Shown here: positions 39,160 through 53,070 of the stretch, in pieces
How positions within the stretch are numbered: position 1 is the first letter of the stretch
Layout: every line of letters starts with the position of its first letter
Source of the DNA: Octopus sinensis
Lineage: Eukaryota
DNA: 64,000 bases
NCBI RefSeq assembly: GCF_006345805.1
Contig: NC_043001.1
Span: 107,818,001 to 107,882,000 of the forward strand
Reading direction: 5' to 3'
Notes under the pieces: generated by a model
Told to the model about the DNA's origin: nothing
Databases searched by the model: none
What the model saw: only the letters and a program-made list of their open reading frames with translations
Program-made: the position numbers and the translations under genes

Positions 39160-39329
39160 CATACATACATACATAGGCGCCGCAGTAGCTGTGTGGTAAG
39201 TAGCTTGCTTATTGTGCAGGCGTCGGACTATTCGCTGTGTTGATGTTTAATGAGTCGGACGGAATTTTCTGTGCTGCTTGGCGGCGTTTTGTTAGTGGGT
39301 GTTATACCGCTAGAAACAATGTATTCAGA

Positions 39330-39990
39330 CCTTAGCGGGCCTGAGTTGTCTTCAGTTGAGGAGGAGCTCGTGAAGGTGGTGGAAAAAATGGATAAAATAT
39401 TGGAAAAAAACAAAGAATTTTGATGAGGTTGCGGAGGTCAAGAGAAGGAAAGTGAACTTGGCTAGATTGTAGGAGTATGGCAAGATGACTCAGAAGGTGG
39501 GCGGCGACGTGATGTTGTTGTCCCCTAAAAGAATCATGGAGAACATGGAGAAAAAACCATCACCTACAAGGTGCACACTTTGGAGAACAAGAAGGTTGAA
39601 CAGGTGGAAGCGGCAAAAATAGAAAAGGCACTGAGGGAACAATCAAGCCAAATTATTTATATAACAAGATGAAGCAGTTTGTCCAGTTTAGGACAGTGGA
39701 AAAGGCAAGGAGGCTGGCGAGTTTAGCGGCGAGGACGGAGGACGTAGTGCTTCTGCCCACGTATCTTGGAAGAAAGACTTTCATGGTGAGGGTGGAAGGA
39801 ATCCCACCCGATATAGAAGTGGCCTGGGTTACGGCAGGCATCCTCGTTGGAAGTGAGGAGGTAGTAGCTGTCCTCCAAGCCACGGAAACGGAGAAAGGAG
39901 GATGAAGAGGGAAAATACTGGACCTCATTATATAGACAGAGGAGAGTTGAATTTGGCATTGTCCGCGATAACTGATGCGACCCTACAGAG
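39330..39990 (+). mobile_element. Decayed Tx1-family ORF1 fragment (divergent relative of copy C)
   Basis: KTITYKVHTLENKKVEQVEAAKIEKAL and VQFRTVEKARR..DVVLLPTYLG..VRVEGIPPDIEVAWVTAGI align by eye to the copy C ORF1. Confidence 0.7.
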
Positions 39991-40029
39991 TTAAAGAGAC
40001 ACATACAACATTTCGTTCACCGCAAGCAG

Positions 40030-41190
40030 TTCTCATGATACAGCCATAAAGAAAGGATCGGAGTATACAGAGGAGCCATGAGGAAATTTGAAACTATCAT
40101 CCGTAACGATAGGAATGGGATTTGCCCGCTCTATAGGAGCAAGTCATGGAACACCATTGAAGGGACTAAGAAGAAAATAGGGAAGGCCAACTCATGGTAT
40201 GATAGCCACAAATGTTCGTCGACACCACCCCTAAAGGCGTTCCGTTTTAAAAGGTCCCTAGACAAACTTAAGTTAAGGATTAAGGTTGTTAAGGGCCAGG
40301 CTACCCTATCAAATCCCTAATCGGTAGAACCTACGCTTTTAGTAGAACCCCTTGTACTGATAGGAACTGTACTGTATGTAGATTTAGCCCACAAACAAAC
40401 TGTAATGCCAGAAATGTAGTCTCTAGCATAAGATCTACAGAGGGACGGTGCAGTAACAACACGACGACGTACGTAGGGGAGACAGCACCGAGCATAGGAG
40501 AGCAGGTAAATGGGCATTGGAGGGAACTTAAGGAATAGAAGAGCTCATCGGTTCTGTACCAGCACGCCGAGCAGGAACACGGGGGCTCACTCAACAACAG
40601 AGAAGTTAAAATCTTGTCCACACATAGAACAGACGCAACGCTTCGACAAATTACAGAAGCCGCACACGTAATAGAAGATAAACCTACCCTGAATAGGAAA
40701 CTGGAATGGAACTCTAGCGCACATCCCCAACACGCCACAATATATGACAGAATCAGATCCCCATAAACTGATAATATGAATAATACAATACACATATAAA
40801 CAAATGGAATTAAATAACTATTATACATTAACAAAATTAAATTAAAAAGAATAGAAAAAATAAGTAGGTATAAACACATGAACAAAATAAATAAAAAAAC
40901 AAATTAAACGAACGTGTGTAAACAGGGGATGCAGATAATACAGGCACTCCCCCTTCCCCCACACACGCACTTACTAAATATAGACACACATAGGTTATAC
41001 GCATGCGCAAATAAAGACACATACAATAGGAATGCAAAATACAAAATGGCTGCCCATTAGTAAGGAGAGACACACAAATAAGAAAGAAGAAAGCAAAGAA
41101 CCACTGGTGAGGTCACAGAAGTGTGACAAAAGAACTCTGGCTGAAATACGATTAATGCAAAAAATAAAACAAGAATCAAATTAACACCAA
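40030..41190 (+). mobile_element. Penelope-like element 3' portion: RT C-terminus, Cys finger, GIY-YIG and pLTR with decayed HHR
   Basis: PLYRSKSWN...WY...IKVV; CTDRNCTVC..CNARNVV...TYVGET...VLYQH...HGG...VKIL...LRQITEA..I...PTLNRKLEW. The HHR relic lies at 41099-41142. Confidence 0.8.
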
Positions 41191-41309
41191 ATACATAGTG
41201 CGTGTGTTTTTATTGGCTAAACTGGCAACATCACCATACCCAAATACAACAATATATATGTATATGTGTGTATGTGTGTGTGCGTGTGTGTGTGTCTGTG
41301 TGTGTGTGT

Positions 41310-41505
41310 GTGTCTATGTCTGCATGTCTGTGTTTGTTACCCCAACATCGCTTGACAACTGATGCTGTTGTGTTTACGCCCCCGTAAAAGAGATCGAAAG
41401 AATAAGTACTAGGCTTACAAAGAATAAGTCCTGGGGTCGATTTCCTTGGCAAAGGAGCTGCTCCAGTAATACTGCAGTCAAACGACTAAAACTAGTAAAA
41501 GAATA
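41310..41505 (+). mobile_element. SINE 3' part
   Basis: Reverse of the 43757 family tail. Confidence 0.65.
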
Positions 41506-41514
41506 TATATATAT

Positions 41515-41680
41515 AGTTCAAATTTCTAGAAAACAAAAGACGAAGAAAGGTGAAGAAACCACAAGGAGGTGTGTTAGTTTAATGCTCGGCAAGAATGGAA
41601 AAGTATTTGACGTTTTGAGCCTACGCTTTTCGACAGATAAGGGTTAAGAGGAAATAAGAACAAAGAGAGAACGAAAAGAA
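41515..41680 (-). mobile_element. pLTR-like element with decayed HHR (41604-41642)
   Basis: Reverse complement reads CTGTCGAAAAGCGTAGGCTCAAAACGTCAAATA; homologous to 53960-54150. Confidence 0.6.
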
Positions 41681-41711
41681 CGTGTGTGCGTGCGTGCGTG
41701 CGTGCGTGCGT

Positions 41712-41800
<89 letters not shown>

Positions 41801-41884
41801 GCACTTTTGAAAACTAAAGCCGGATGGTCTTCTCTTAAGTAACTTTGGTATGTCTTCTCCATCAGAACTGAACTAGGTTCTGAT

Positions 41885-42160
41885 GGCAGCGAGCTGGCAG
41901 AAACGTTAGCACGCTGGGCGAAATGCTTAGCGGTATTTTGTCTGCCGTTACGTCCTGAGTTCAAATTCCGCCGAGGTCGACTTTGCCTTCATCCTTTCGA
42001 GGTCGACTTTACCTTCACCCTTTCGAGGTCGACTTTACCTTCACCCTTTCGAGGTCGATAAATTAAGTACCAATTACGCACTTAATCGACTTAATCCCTT
42101 TGTCTGTCCTTGTTTGTCCCCTCTATGTTTAGCTCCTTGAGGGCAATAAAAAAAATAAGA
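41885..42160 (+). mobile_element. tRNA-derived SINE with an internal 26-nt triplication
   Basis: Full head, core and tail. GAGGTCGACTTT(G/A)CCTTCA(T/C)CCTTTC occurs three times. Confidence 0.9.
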
Positions 42161-43366
42161 ACTGAACTGGGTAAGAGAAGTAGTGATCATTGAAAAACAA
42201 GAAAAAAGAACAAAAATAACAATAATCCCTTACAACATAGACACAGAGTCTGAACATTTGGGTGAGGGGACTAGTCGATTACATGGATCCCCAGGGCTCA
42301 ACTGGTACCCATTTCACTAACTCAGAACTGAACTGGTTGTATCTGTTCTATATTGCAGTCAGCCAGATTTATTAATAAATGACCAAATATACTTTCTCTG
42401 CATCAGCGACAACTGTTCCGAACACAATGAGGATGAGAGAGAAGAAATAAAACGCTAGTATGAATAGTCGCTCTATCCTTTTTTTTTCTAATGTTATATC
42501 CTACTTGATATGACTTTTCCTTTAATTCGTTGCTAAGAAGCAGTACGAAACTTCTACATGTTTTATATCCCTGTCTCAATAATAATATGGTATCGAATAT
42601 TTTGAACATAATCTCTCCACTTTTCTTTTTATACACCTAAGAAAATACACGCAAAAAAAACTCATTAATGTCACATTGACATCCATAGTAAATCCTCTAT
42701 AAAATGGTAACGATATCAAAATTTATAACTATTACGCCGTAAGGATACATTGCGTTACTAAATGCCTCAATAAAATAGATTTTCCTATGCTTCTTTGGGT
42801 ATATTTATGTATATATTTTTATTTTATATTTCACTATCTAACGTCTCTCACCGCCATGTTTTTATTTGCTATTACAAAATTGAGACAGAAATAAAAGTCA
42901 AATTTGCCCTGTTCTGTTTTAAATTTAAAATTGCTACGTAACCTTATCGAAAATCATTAACTAAAGACTTCTACCCTTCTTTCAATAAATAATCTCTTTC
43001 TTCCCTTTTCGGTGTTCTTTAAATTCTTCCAATATAGACAGTGCTGCTGCTTAACTAAGGAAGAAGAATTTTATTAAAATTTTGACAATAAGAAATGCAG
43101 AGTCACGTATAAATCATGTGAGAATTCTTGTCCCGGTTTCAGATTAAATTTGCATCTGATTACGAATGCTAAAGCTCGCGTGGACCAGTGTCTACTTGTC
43201 AGTGTACGTGATGTGTGTGCGTGCGTGTGTGTGTGTGTGTGTGTGTGTGTTTATTCAAGTAATACACGACTTAAAAAGATATATTATTTCCTTTCTCTGA
43301 GGAACTATTTTGCAGTAGATTACAATGGAAATAGAAGTGATAATTTAAACAGAAAAAATAAATAAA

Positions 43367-43406
<40 letters not shown>

Positions 43407-43756
43407 CTTTTGTTACTTTGTCATTATTAGGGTAGGTAATGGAATCAGTTTAACAACTACAAAGTTTCACTAACAACCATCCTTTTGTTTAAATATGAAC
43501 CAGAAATAGATGGAGCAAAGCTTCTATATTTTGTGTTTGAGTTTCAATTGTCTTCACAGAAGGCGTTTCTGGGATTTTTCCTACGTATTATAGTTTTATA
43601 TCAGTATAGAAATCCATACCTTATTTATACAACTAACTCCTGCAAATTTGACAGGTATATAATGATATTATTTTATGCCTGAGGAGTGATTCATGTGTAC
43701 CACACTACGAGTTGTTACTGGTATTGAAATTAACAACGATTTATCTTTTATCTTCT

Positions 43757-44217
43757 AGCTGTTTCAGTTAATGGAGTGCTGCCATACTGGAGCACCGCCT
43801 GGAAGAGATTTTAGTCGAACGAATCTACCCCAGTAATTTTCTTAACCTTGGTTGTTATTCTATCGGTCTCTTTCCCCAAACTGCTAAGTTACAGGAATGC
43901 ATTCACATCAACACCGGTTGTCAAGCGGTCCTGGAGGACAAAAAGAAGACACAAAGACTCACACAGATACACACACACACATACACACACGCATATATAT
44001 ATATGTGTGTGTGTGTATATTTATGCAAGTATTATGTATATATATATATATATATACGATGGGCTTCTTTCAGTTTCCGTCAACCAAATCCACTCACAAG
44101 GCTTTGGTTAGCCGAAAGTTAGAGTAGAAGACATTTACCTAAGTTTCCACGCTGTGGGACTGATCCCGAAACCATGTGGTTGGAAAGCAAACGTCTTAAT
44201 ACACAGCCACGCCTGCT
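43757..44217 (-). mobile_element. Full-length composite tRNA-derived SINE with internal (TG)/(TA) microsatellite
   Basis: Head GGCGTGGCTGTG..GGTTTCGGGATCAGTCCC, core GTGAGTGGATTTGGT.GACGGAAACTGAAAGAAGCCC, then the tail. Confidence 0.85.
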
Positions 44218-45564
44218 TCTGTTTGGTGCAGCAATTAGATATAAATATATTGAGTCTCTAAACTATAGTTATTCCTCATACAAACTATTGATTTTTGCTG
44301 AAAAGCATGGATAACACAATGGGTACCCACTTGTGTAGTTTTTTTTCGTATTATATTAATTAAGAGAGCGTGTATAACGAAATTAAATTCATTAATGTGA
44401 TAATTATCATCATAGTAATTTCATTTAACTGTTTCTTGGAGTCTTCTTTGATGAAAGTTTCAAAGACAGAAGAATACATCCTGTTAACTTTGCAACAACA
44501 TATTTGAAACGATTTGTCAGAATCCGTGGTATAACGATGTACCTTTTTTCCTTTATCGAATATTTTTACTTATGATTACAAAGATGGGGATAGTCAATTT
44601 TATTATCTTGGGTATTTATTTTAGAGACCCCATAAGGAAAATAACCAAAACGCAGAACTAAATTTTGAATTAAGGAGGACGAAATGCATCAGAACCAGGA
44701 ACTTATTCATATGATTTGCATATTGATTTATTGCCCTTTAGTAATTTCCAACAAAATTCAAACGAGTGAGAGTAAAACGGATCCAGTCATATAATTGTAT
44801 GAATCGATTACAATAAAATGTAAATATACACTGTGATGGTTTCTGATATGTATACAAGGTAATGCCTTTTAATGAAAGCCATGCGAACCGGGGTTAACTC
44901 TGAGCACCCTTATTTTGGCTCAGTGAACGCATCGGCCGCCTTGGACGCTCTGATAGATTATTTTCACGAGATTGGATGAATGAAGTTCAAAGTCGAACTC
45001 AACAACGTCAGAGAGCAGCACGTAAATGAGAACTAACGTAAGAGACAAGGAATTTTATTTGACCACTGTCTCTGCCATCCAGAGACCTTCAGTGTTGGGC
45101 TACGGTTTGACATCTAACATACCTAAAACATCAAACCAAGGAAACAACTGTCGGAACACTTGTAATAAGCTCAATTCTATGACAACGGATCATGAATATA
45201 CCGATGACATAAATCATAAGTTTATGGAGATACTAATATTTACAGAGAAAGCAACAAGACTGAAGTCTATGAATACAGCAATTCTTCCGGTATAGAGAAG
45301 AACTTTGGATACAAGGAAAAACAAAAAAAAAAAAATGAATGTCGTCTTGAACACATGTAATATTATTCATTGTGATATATTCCTTTGTGATGTATTCGTA
45401 CTGAAATAAAACTACATTTCCGAAGAAATAATCAATCTTTTATACGAGAGAAATAATAAATTTTGGAAATATTCTTGTAATGTGGAAAATCCGGTTTATA
45501 GAAACGTAACCATTCCTAAACCAGTTCTACTTTTATCTATTTATCGTTTACCTTTTACTTGTTT

Positions 45565-45985
45565 TCAGTTATTGGCTGCGGTCATACTGGAGCACAGCTT
45601 TTAAGTGTTTAGTCGAACAAATCGACACTACTACTAATTTAAGTCTGGTACTTATAGTATCGTTCTCGTTTGCCGAGCCGCTAAGTTACGGTGACGTAAT
45701 CGAACCAACAGCTGGTGTAAAACGATGGTAGGAACGAACATATTCACAAAAATGCACTCACACACACACAAACACACACAAGCACGCACATACATATACA
45801 CAAATACACACATCCGTACATGTGTATTACCCGCATGTATACAAGACGGGTTTCAACACACTTTCCGTTTATAAAATTCACTTAAAAGCACTGTTCGACC
45901 CGGAGCACTTGTCTTAGGTGCTGCGCAGTGGTACTGAACCCAAGACCACGTCATAAATCGAGCTACTTAACCACACACACTCATA
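45565..45985 (-). mobile_element. Diverged copy of the composite SINE
   Basis: Head, core and tail are recognisable. Confidence 0.7.
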
Positions 45986-46079
45986 GCTTCATGTCGTATG
46001 CTGTTTCAGTCTCCTTCTATTTCACACTGATGTTGATGCATGTCCAGTATTGAACTGTATTTTTTAACGACTCAGCTAA

Positions 46080-46297
46080 GGCGGAGGCGTTAGCAGAGTC
46101 GTTAGCACGCCGGGCAAAATGATTAGCGGCATTTCGTTCGCCTTTTCGTTCCGAGTTCAAATCCCGTCGAGCTTGACTTAGCCTTTTATTCTTTCGGGGT
46201 CGATAAATTAAGTACCATTGAAACCCCTGGGGTTGATGAAATCGACTACCCCCCTCCCCCAAATTTCAAACCTTGTGACTATAGTAGAAAGGATTAA
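46080..46297 (+). mobile_element. tRNA-derived SINE
   Basis: Same family as 18755-18974. Confidence 0.8.
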
Positions 46298-46398
46298 TAT
46301 GTATGTATATACTTATGTTTATATATATAAAAAGTCACATTCGATCACAGTAATAGTTAAGCTTCGTGCACTGGGCATACTCGATAACGAGGGGGAAA

Positions 46399-46441
<43 letters not shown>

Positions 46442-47209
46442 AGCTGCATCCTCGTTACACGAGAAAAAACATCGACAAGTAGACTTACTGAAATGATTCA
46501 TGATTGTTGCCATGTGATACCCTTATATGACTTTTAAGACCGGCCAAGCTTTTACACATTTTATTATATACTAGACGACTGTACTGGCTGGCAGGAGAAA
46601 CACGTGTCACCATATGCACTCAGCATGTATATATATACATATTAATCCTTTCTACTATAGTAACTTTATACGACTGTCCCCCTCCTCCAAAATTTCGAGC
46701 CTTGTACCTAGAGTAGAAAAGAATATATAATTTGTCCCAGTATTGTTGCAGAGCGTTAAACTTTGCAATAAATGAATCTTATCTGATGTCACTCTATACG
46801 GAAGCGGTCATTTCGCTTTTCGAAGTTTTAGTTTTACGTCTCTGATCTTTAACGAAACTCTTTTGGCTTGAAGATCGAAGACCTGTAACTTTGGGTTACG
46901 TGAAACGTATACATTGTTATGTACGTGTATGTGTGTGCACGCCTGTGAACGTGTGGAACAAACAGTGTGTATGAATGTGTATGTATGTGTGAGTATATGT
47001 GAATGTTTATGTGTGTGTATTTATCTTTGTATGCATGTAATCTAATATGTAGAAAACAAAAGATAATATTGAAGAATAATAATTTCAGAAGTTATATTTT
47101 GTTTCTAACCCTCTCCGAAATTCGTACAGTATCTTTGATTAGCTGTCCAAAATGAAGCTCAATATTTATACATACAAATATTTATACATACAAACATACA
47201 TACATTCAT

Positions 47210-47466
<257 letters not shown>

Positions 47467-48122
47467 TGTTCTGATACAACAACAAATTGACCAATAGCCA
47501 ATTTCCTCTATATAGAATTTCAGTATATTCTTGCTGAGATAGTATCGAACGACTAGTGAGGTCACGACAAAAAGTTACTGATACGAAATTATTTTAATCT
47601 CGAACTTCCATTTCTTACCAAATTTCTGCATTCAGCAATTATTGTCTTTATCATTCATGACTTACGAAATACACCAAAAGTTTTCTTTCATAAAACAAGT
47701 ATTAGATGTAACTTGGAGAGCGCATAAAAAGTTTTGAAGGTTAACTAGGGTTCTTACGATAAGCGAAAGTGTTCAAGTTTATCAAGCTGATATTAAATAG
47801 TAAACGCGGTACTGAAAGTTTTTGAAGTCGACAAATGCAGCCGGGTTTAAGTTTGCATTTCAACCTTTAAGGGTCGATAAAATAAATACCTGTTGGATAT
47901 TTGGGTTCATGTAATCGACTTAGATCCTCCTCGAAGTTGCTGCCGTTAAGTTAAAATTTGAAACCAATTTCATTCGAGTTTAAAAGATATTTTGACAATT
48001 GACAAAGGTAAACAACGTGAGCAAAAATTCCGGAAATCCAACAAATATTATAAATATTGAAGGTGAGTAAAAGTAATCGGTAAAGAATTACTAAGGACTG
48101 AATAACGAGAACAACAACAGCA

Positions 48123-48385
48123 GTGGAGGCGAAATGGCACAGTGGGTGGGGCAGCGGACTCGCGGTCGTAAATGTTTATTGAGGAAAAACACCTAAGCTC
48201 CACGAGGCATCGGCGGGGTTGCTGGAGTGATCCCCGATGTATTCTGAGCCTGGATGCGCATTCATCCATCCGTCGATGCTCTCGGTGTCGGGGGTTGACC
48301 TGCTTTCTCTTCTGCGGGTTTTACGAATAGCAAAGGACCACGTTTCGACTTCTCCCACTCTGTGACGAAGACCGCTTCGCTCAAC
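48123..48385 (+). mobile_element. tRNA-Arg-like-headed SINE
   Basis: GTGGAGGCGAAATGG...GCAGCGGACTCGCGGTCG head and shared body. Confidence 0.75.
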
Positions 48386-50099
48386 AAACAAACAAACAGC
48401 AGCAGCATTATAACCAACAGCTATACCTCATTGCTTTATTAAACATGATACCTTCGATTATAATCCATTACGAAGTATCGTAAGACCGAATTTGATCAAC
48501 CGGTGGTTAATTTGTAAATCATCAGAATATTTTAACATAGTTACAGGCTCAGAGCAATTATTAATTATAATCACAATGATATGAATATATTCAAAATATA
48601 GAAAGAAATAAGAAAATTCTGTCTTGCAAGAAGCATGTATAATTTAGGAACATAATTTGATCAGACCGCTGCAACTAAATGTGCAGCCATTTGCAAATAA
48701 GTAGGAGAATTAGGAAACATATTGTAAATCTAACAGGCATAAATCTGAATTCATTGATTGTCTCGTTTGATCCAGAGAAGCTCCAACACACGCAGAGCTA
48801 CACGTACAAGCACACATACAGACACACAAGCACACATGCACTCAATCACACACACACATGCACTCATGCTCACACACGTATGTTTACGCACAAACAGACG
48901 TGCGCATGCATGCACACAATTCCCCTACACACGCGCGCGCACGCCTGCAGAGCCATATATTGCACATGAAAGTACCACAAAATCGATATCTGGTTCTATT
49001 CTCATACGCCGTGAAGGCTTTCGATTTACACATTTACAATAAATCACAGCAAATCGACTCAAAAGCTTGACAGTTGTGGTGTCCTTCCCTTCTGGAATAT
49101 TGAAACAACCTGGGTATTGCATGCTAAAACGTAGCATTATTCATTCGAGAGAATGAATATAAACCGTTATTCGGTTTAAAACCATTGACTGCTTCTTGGA
49201 CCTTTTAGCAATTTTTAAATTTTTACACCGTTATAAACATTGAAGACATTTTTGTCTCAGGATAAACTGTTCCTCCACCCCCGATCCCTCTAGCGGTTTT
49301 AAAGGCTTTAAAAAGAATCGTGTTTGATTCTATTACTTCCATGAATAAGCGATAAAATATTATCTACAATATAATACTCTAGTTTTATTCCTAATAATTC
49401 GATTAGCTATTTCTGTGTCAATGCTTCTCTTTGCTCCAGTAATGGTTTCTGAAGAGATTGAGTAAACGCAATTAATAAACAATAAAGCTTACAAAAAATA
49501 ACGGACAAAATGTTCGACAGAATAACCAAAGCGGAAATATGAATATTAACATTACAGACTCTCACTTGCATAAAATTTGATGTAAGGAGAAACCGCTACA
49601 TGGTTACTCGACATGTATGAAGTGGCAGCACAGCAGATTCCCAAATCACATTCTGTCGGTCTTCTAAGAGAAGAAGTGTACATCGGATTGTATGGACCTG
49701 GCTGTAATATGACTGCCATAACAGCGTTGGGAATGATCGATCATCGCCAACAAATACATCATCATCATTCTTTACTCTACAATCCCCAGAAAAATCAACA
49801 CCACCACTACCACCATGCTCAGGACAACTGTAGTAGTAGCAGTAACAACATTGTTAGCTGCAAAATTTCGGGCCTTGTGCCTAGAGTAGAAAGGATTATA
49901 CAGATCTATTTAATCTGGACTGCTTTTTAGTCAAACTAGAACATCGGCTGTGTTGCGAATAACGAAACATTCATTAACATTTGTAATAAGCAAATGTTTC
50001 TTAAAAGAGCAAATAACCAACACTACCTTTACCACCCACCACCACCACCATCATAACAGCTAGAAATAGAAGCTAAATCACAGATGTCGTCTTGCACTT

Positions 50100-50303
50100 T
50101 AAGAACCTTTCTAGGCACAATTGCGGCGAGAAAACTAGTCTATTACATCGATCCCAGTGCTTAACTGGTACTTGTTTCATCGACCCCGAAAGGATGAATG
50201 ACAAAGTCGACCTCGGCAGAATTTGAACTTTGAACATAAGGACGAACGAAATGCCGCCAAGCATTTTGACCGGTGTGCTAAGGATTCTCGTAATTCGCAG
50301 CTC
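50100..50303 (-). mobile_element. tRNA-derived SINE
   Basis: Core CGACCCCGAAAGGATGAA..CAAAGTCGACCTCGGC. Confidence 0.8.
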
Positions 50304-51107
50304 TTTCTGACACAGTAAAAATAAAATACATTTTCTATAAGTGGATACCAGATAAAATTTATCTGAAAAAAACAAGAAAATATTATGGTGTCAGCTGGAA
50401 TGACTTTTTCTAGTAGGTTTCATTGATTAGAGCTGATCTTGAGCTAAACAACATCATCATCATGATCAGCAAAAACAGCACTCTCTCACTCGCTCTGTTT
50501 CTTTCTTTCTTTCTTTCTCACACATGCTCGCGCACGCACACATACACACAGACAAATGTGAGATCAAAATCGTTCATCTTGTATTTCAGCGACTGACTGA
50601 AATATCTGCAAAAAAGATCTGCTCCATTTCACAGACCAACAAGCAACTTGAATTCCTATGTGCATTATTTCAGAGATAAATACTTCGACTTCACATAGTT
50701 GTTTGCTCGAAAGATATTACATTCCGTCAAACAGAAGTCAAATAACCTAATTCGCTTTGCCCTTCCTTCTTATGCAAATATCATTCTATATAAATACATG
50801 CGATCGTGTACATGTGAGATTCAATATTTCCTATCACTGAAGTGGAATTGGCTGAAAGGTTATCAAAAGAATACACAGTTTCTTTAAATACCATATTTAC
50901 TAAAAGTAGCGCTCATTGACAAATATCTATAGGCTTGGAGAAGTAAAACTAGCCAGGTCTACAACAGAAAGATATATCATGTTATTTCCTTGCTGGTGGA
51001 AAAAGCTAAATCAGGGTAATTTTATTCGAAATCACTAGTCTGTAGGATATATCTCTGATGTGTACTAATAGCACGAGCAACTCACATAAACACGCATACA
51101 CACACAA

Positions 51108-51138
<31 letters not shown>

Positions 51139-51566
51139 TACACACACAAAATCATGGAAGCACACGGGCGTTCATATCCATGGATATAAACGTATTGTAG
51201 AGAATGAAATCATAGACATTCTTTACTTAAAATTTACTACAATTGTTTCGACTGCAATCAAAAAGAACATTATTATTGAATAAAGAAAACATTATCTTAC
51301 ATAACAGATGTAAAATACGCCTCCTCGGATGACCGTCGAAACTCATACATCGTTAGATTCTCTCGCCATTTCATTCGGTGTGATAATGATTACCCAAAGC
51401 GATGTGTCATTCCTAGCAGTTTATAGACACATACACATACACACACTTTTGCTTTGGATTTCGGGCCCCGTACAGTCTCTTGATGCTGTCATCTTAGGCT
51501 GAGAGTGCAAGGGCACATGCAAATCAATTCGGGATTCCACCTTTTCTGACCCATACCTGTGGCATA

Positions 51567-51810
51567 TGCGTGGTTTGATCAATAAGTATCCAGACTGTTA
51601 CCATATTAACAAAGCTAATGCACGCAGAGCGAAGCCGCTTGGCAAATATTGACCATGGAACTCTGCTGTGCACGCACAATAAGTTTTAACGATCTATCTT
51701 ACATCTGCTGTTTACAGCAGTACTTGGTAGAAAGTGTGTAGCGTGTGATCGTCGCACTGAGCATTGCAGAGAAAGTTGTCATGTCGCTACCTGCTCAGAG
51801 GACTACGCAG
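51567..51810 (+). mobile_element. Mariner-like element 5' end remnant
   Basis: TIR-like start (TG)CGTGGTTTGATCAATAAGTATCCAGAC. The matching right TIR was not found. Confidence 0.4.
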
Positions 51811-52109
51811 ATTAACAGAAACCATTATACACTTTTACTAGTTTCAATCGATTCTGGGACACCCTGTCTGAATGAGCTTCATCGGCAAAATTATTTTGAG
51901 TTTGGTAGTCATCTTATCGTACTCTTATTGTTGGAATACCAAAATACAGGGAAGAAAATACGTAAACACCAGCGGATTAAATCCTGGAATCGATTCGTTC
52001 AATTAAAATCCTGGGGTACCGTCTTGATGGGTTTCTTCGATGAAATCGGTGAAATTATTTTATCGTTTATGTGTACATGTTTGTATTTCTGTATATCTGT
52101 ATGTATGTC

Positions 52110-52215
52110 CTTATTCAGTTTATTTCAAGATTTCTTGCCAATAGAGAAAGAACCGGTTTCTAACCAAGATCCAAGATTCCTTCATTGGAATTTCAACATC
52201 AACAACATACATACA
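52110..52215 (-). repeat. Dispersed repeat with HHR-relic motif (CCAATGA core)
   Basis: Homologous to 26535-26630. Confidence 0.55.
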
Positions 52216-52429
52216 TACATTTTATATGTATGGATATACCACAATAGAAGGAGGAAAAGAAATTATATAGAAATAGTTAAATATTTATTGTGGTAAAAGT
52301 TAGATATATACTCATATATATTCATAAATTTCTATCCTTTTCTTACAATATTCTTCTTAATAATCTTTTGAATAACCTTAAACTTCAACTGTATACAATA
52401 TAGCAACATTGTTTTAAAGTATTTAACTA

Positions 52430-53070
52430 TAATACTACATGACAGGACTTCCCCTGTTTCATTATTAGTAGTCTTTTAATGGGCAACCCCTTAATTATCA
52501 GCTAACATCTTGTTTTAATAAATCTTGATTTTTATGATTAGAATGTCTGTCTACTCATTCAATTCTACCCCCAAACAAATACGGCCTTCTGTTTCTCTCG
52601 GCCTTTAATATACAAGGGATTTGATAAACTAGTCTATAAATTAAAACTGACCCCATAAAAAAACAAAAAATCAGTGACAGGCAATGTCTCCTTGAAAAGT
52701 TTAGTTACGACTATGCTGTTGTAGGTACAACTTGTTCTTTGTCTATCTCCTTAACTTCTTGGTGACTTTAAGTATAATTATACTAATGTGTCCATCTGTT
52801 CTAATTTAATTAAATTCTATGTCTTTGTGCAACTGAAGATTGCTCTACATTTTAAATTGATGTAATGATTGCATTGTTCAATTAAATGGAGTTTCATGAA
52901 ACGATCGTACAGCATTACCTCTGGATATCCTTGTTGCTTATTTTGATTTTAATCACCTTATTTTGAAATTGCATGGATAATACCGTACTAAATTCTGGTG
53001 CCTCAACTTACGTACCATATTCATCTGAATCTAAATTTTTGCGGAACTCATCTACCATACCCAATATATA
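52430..53070 (-). mobile_element. Possible very decayed PLE ORF remnant
   Basis: KQQGYPEVMLYDRFMK resembles the PLE NGYP motif. It lies upstream of the HHR-relic repeat at 52110-52215. Confidence 0.3.
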
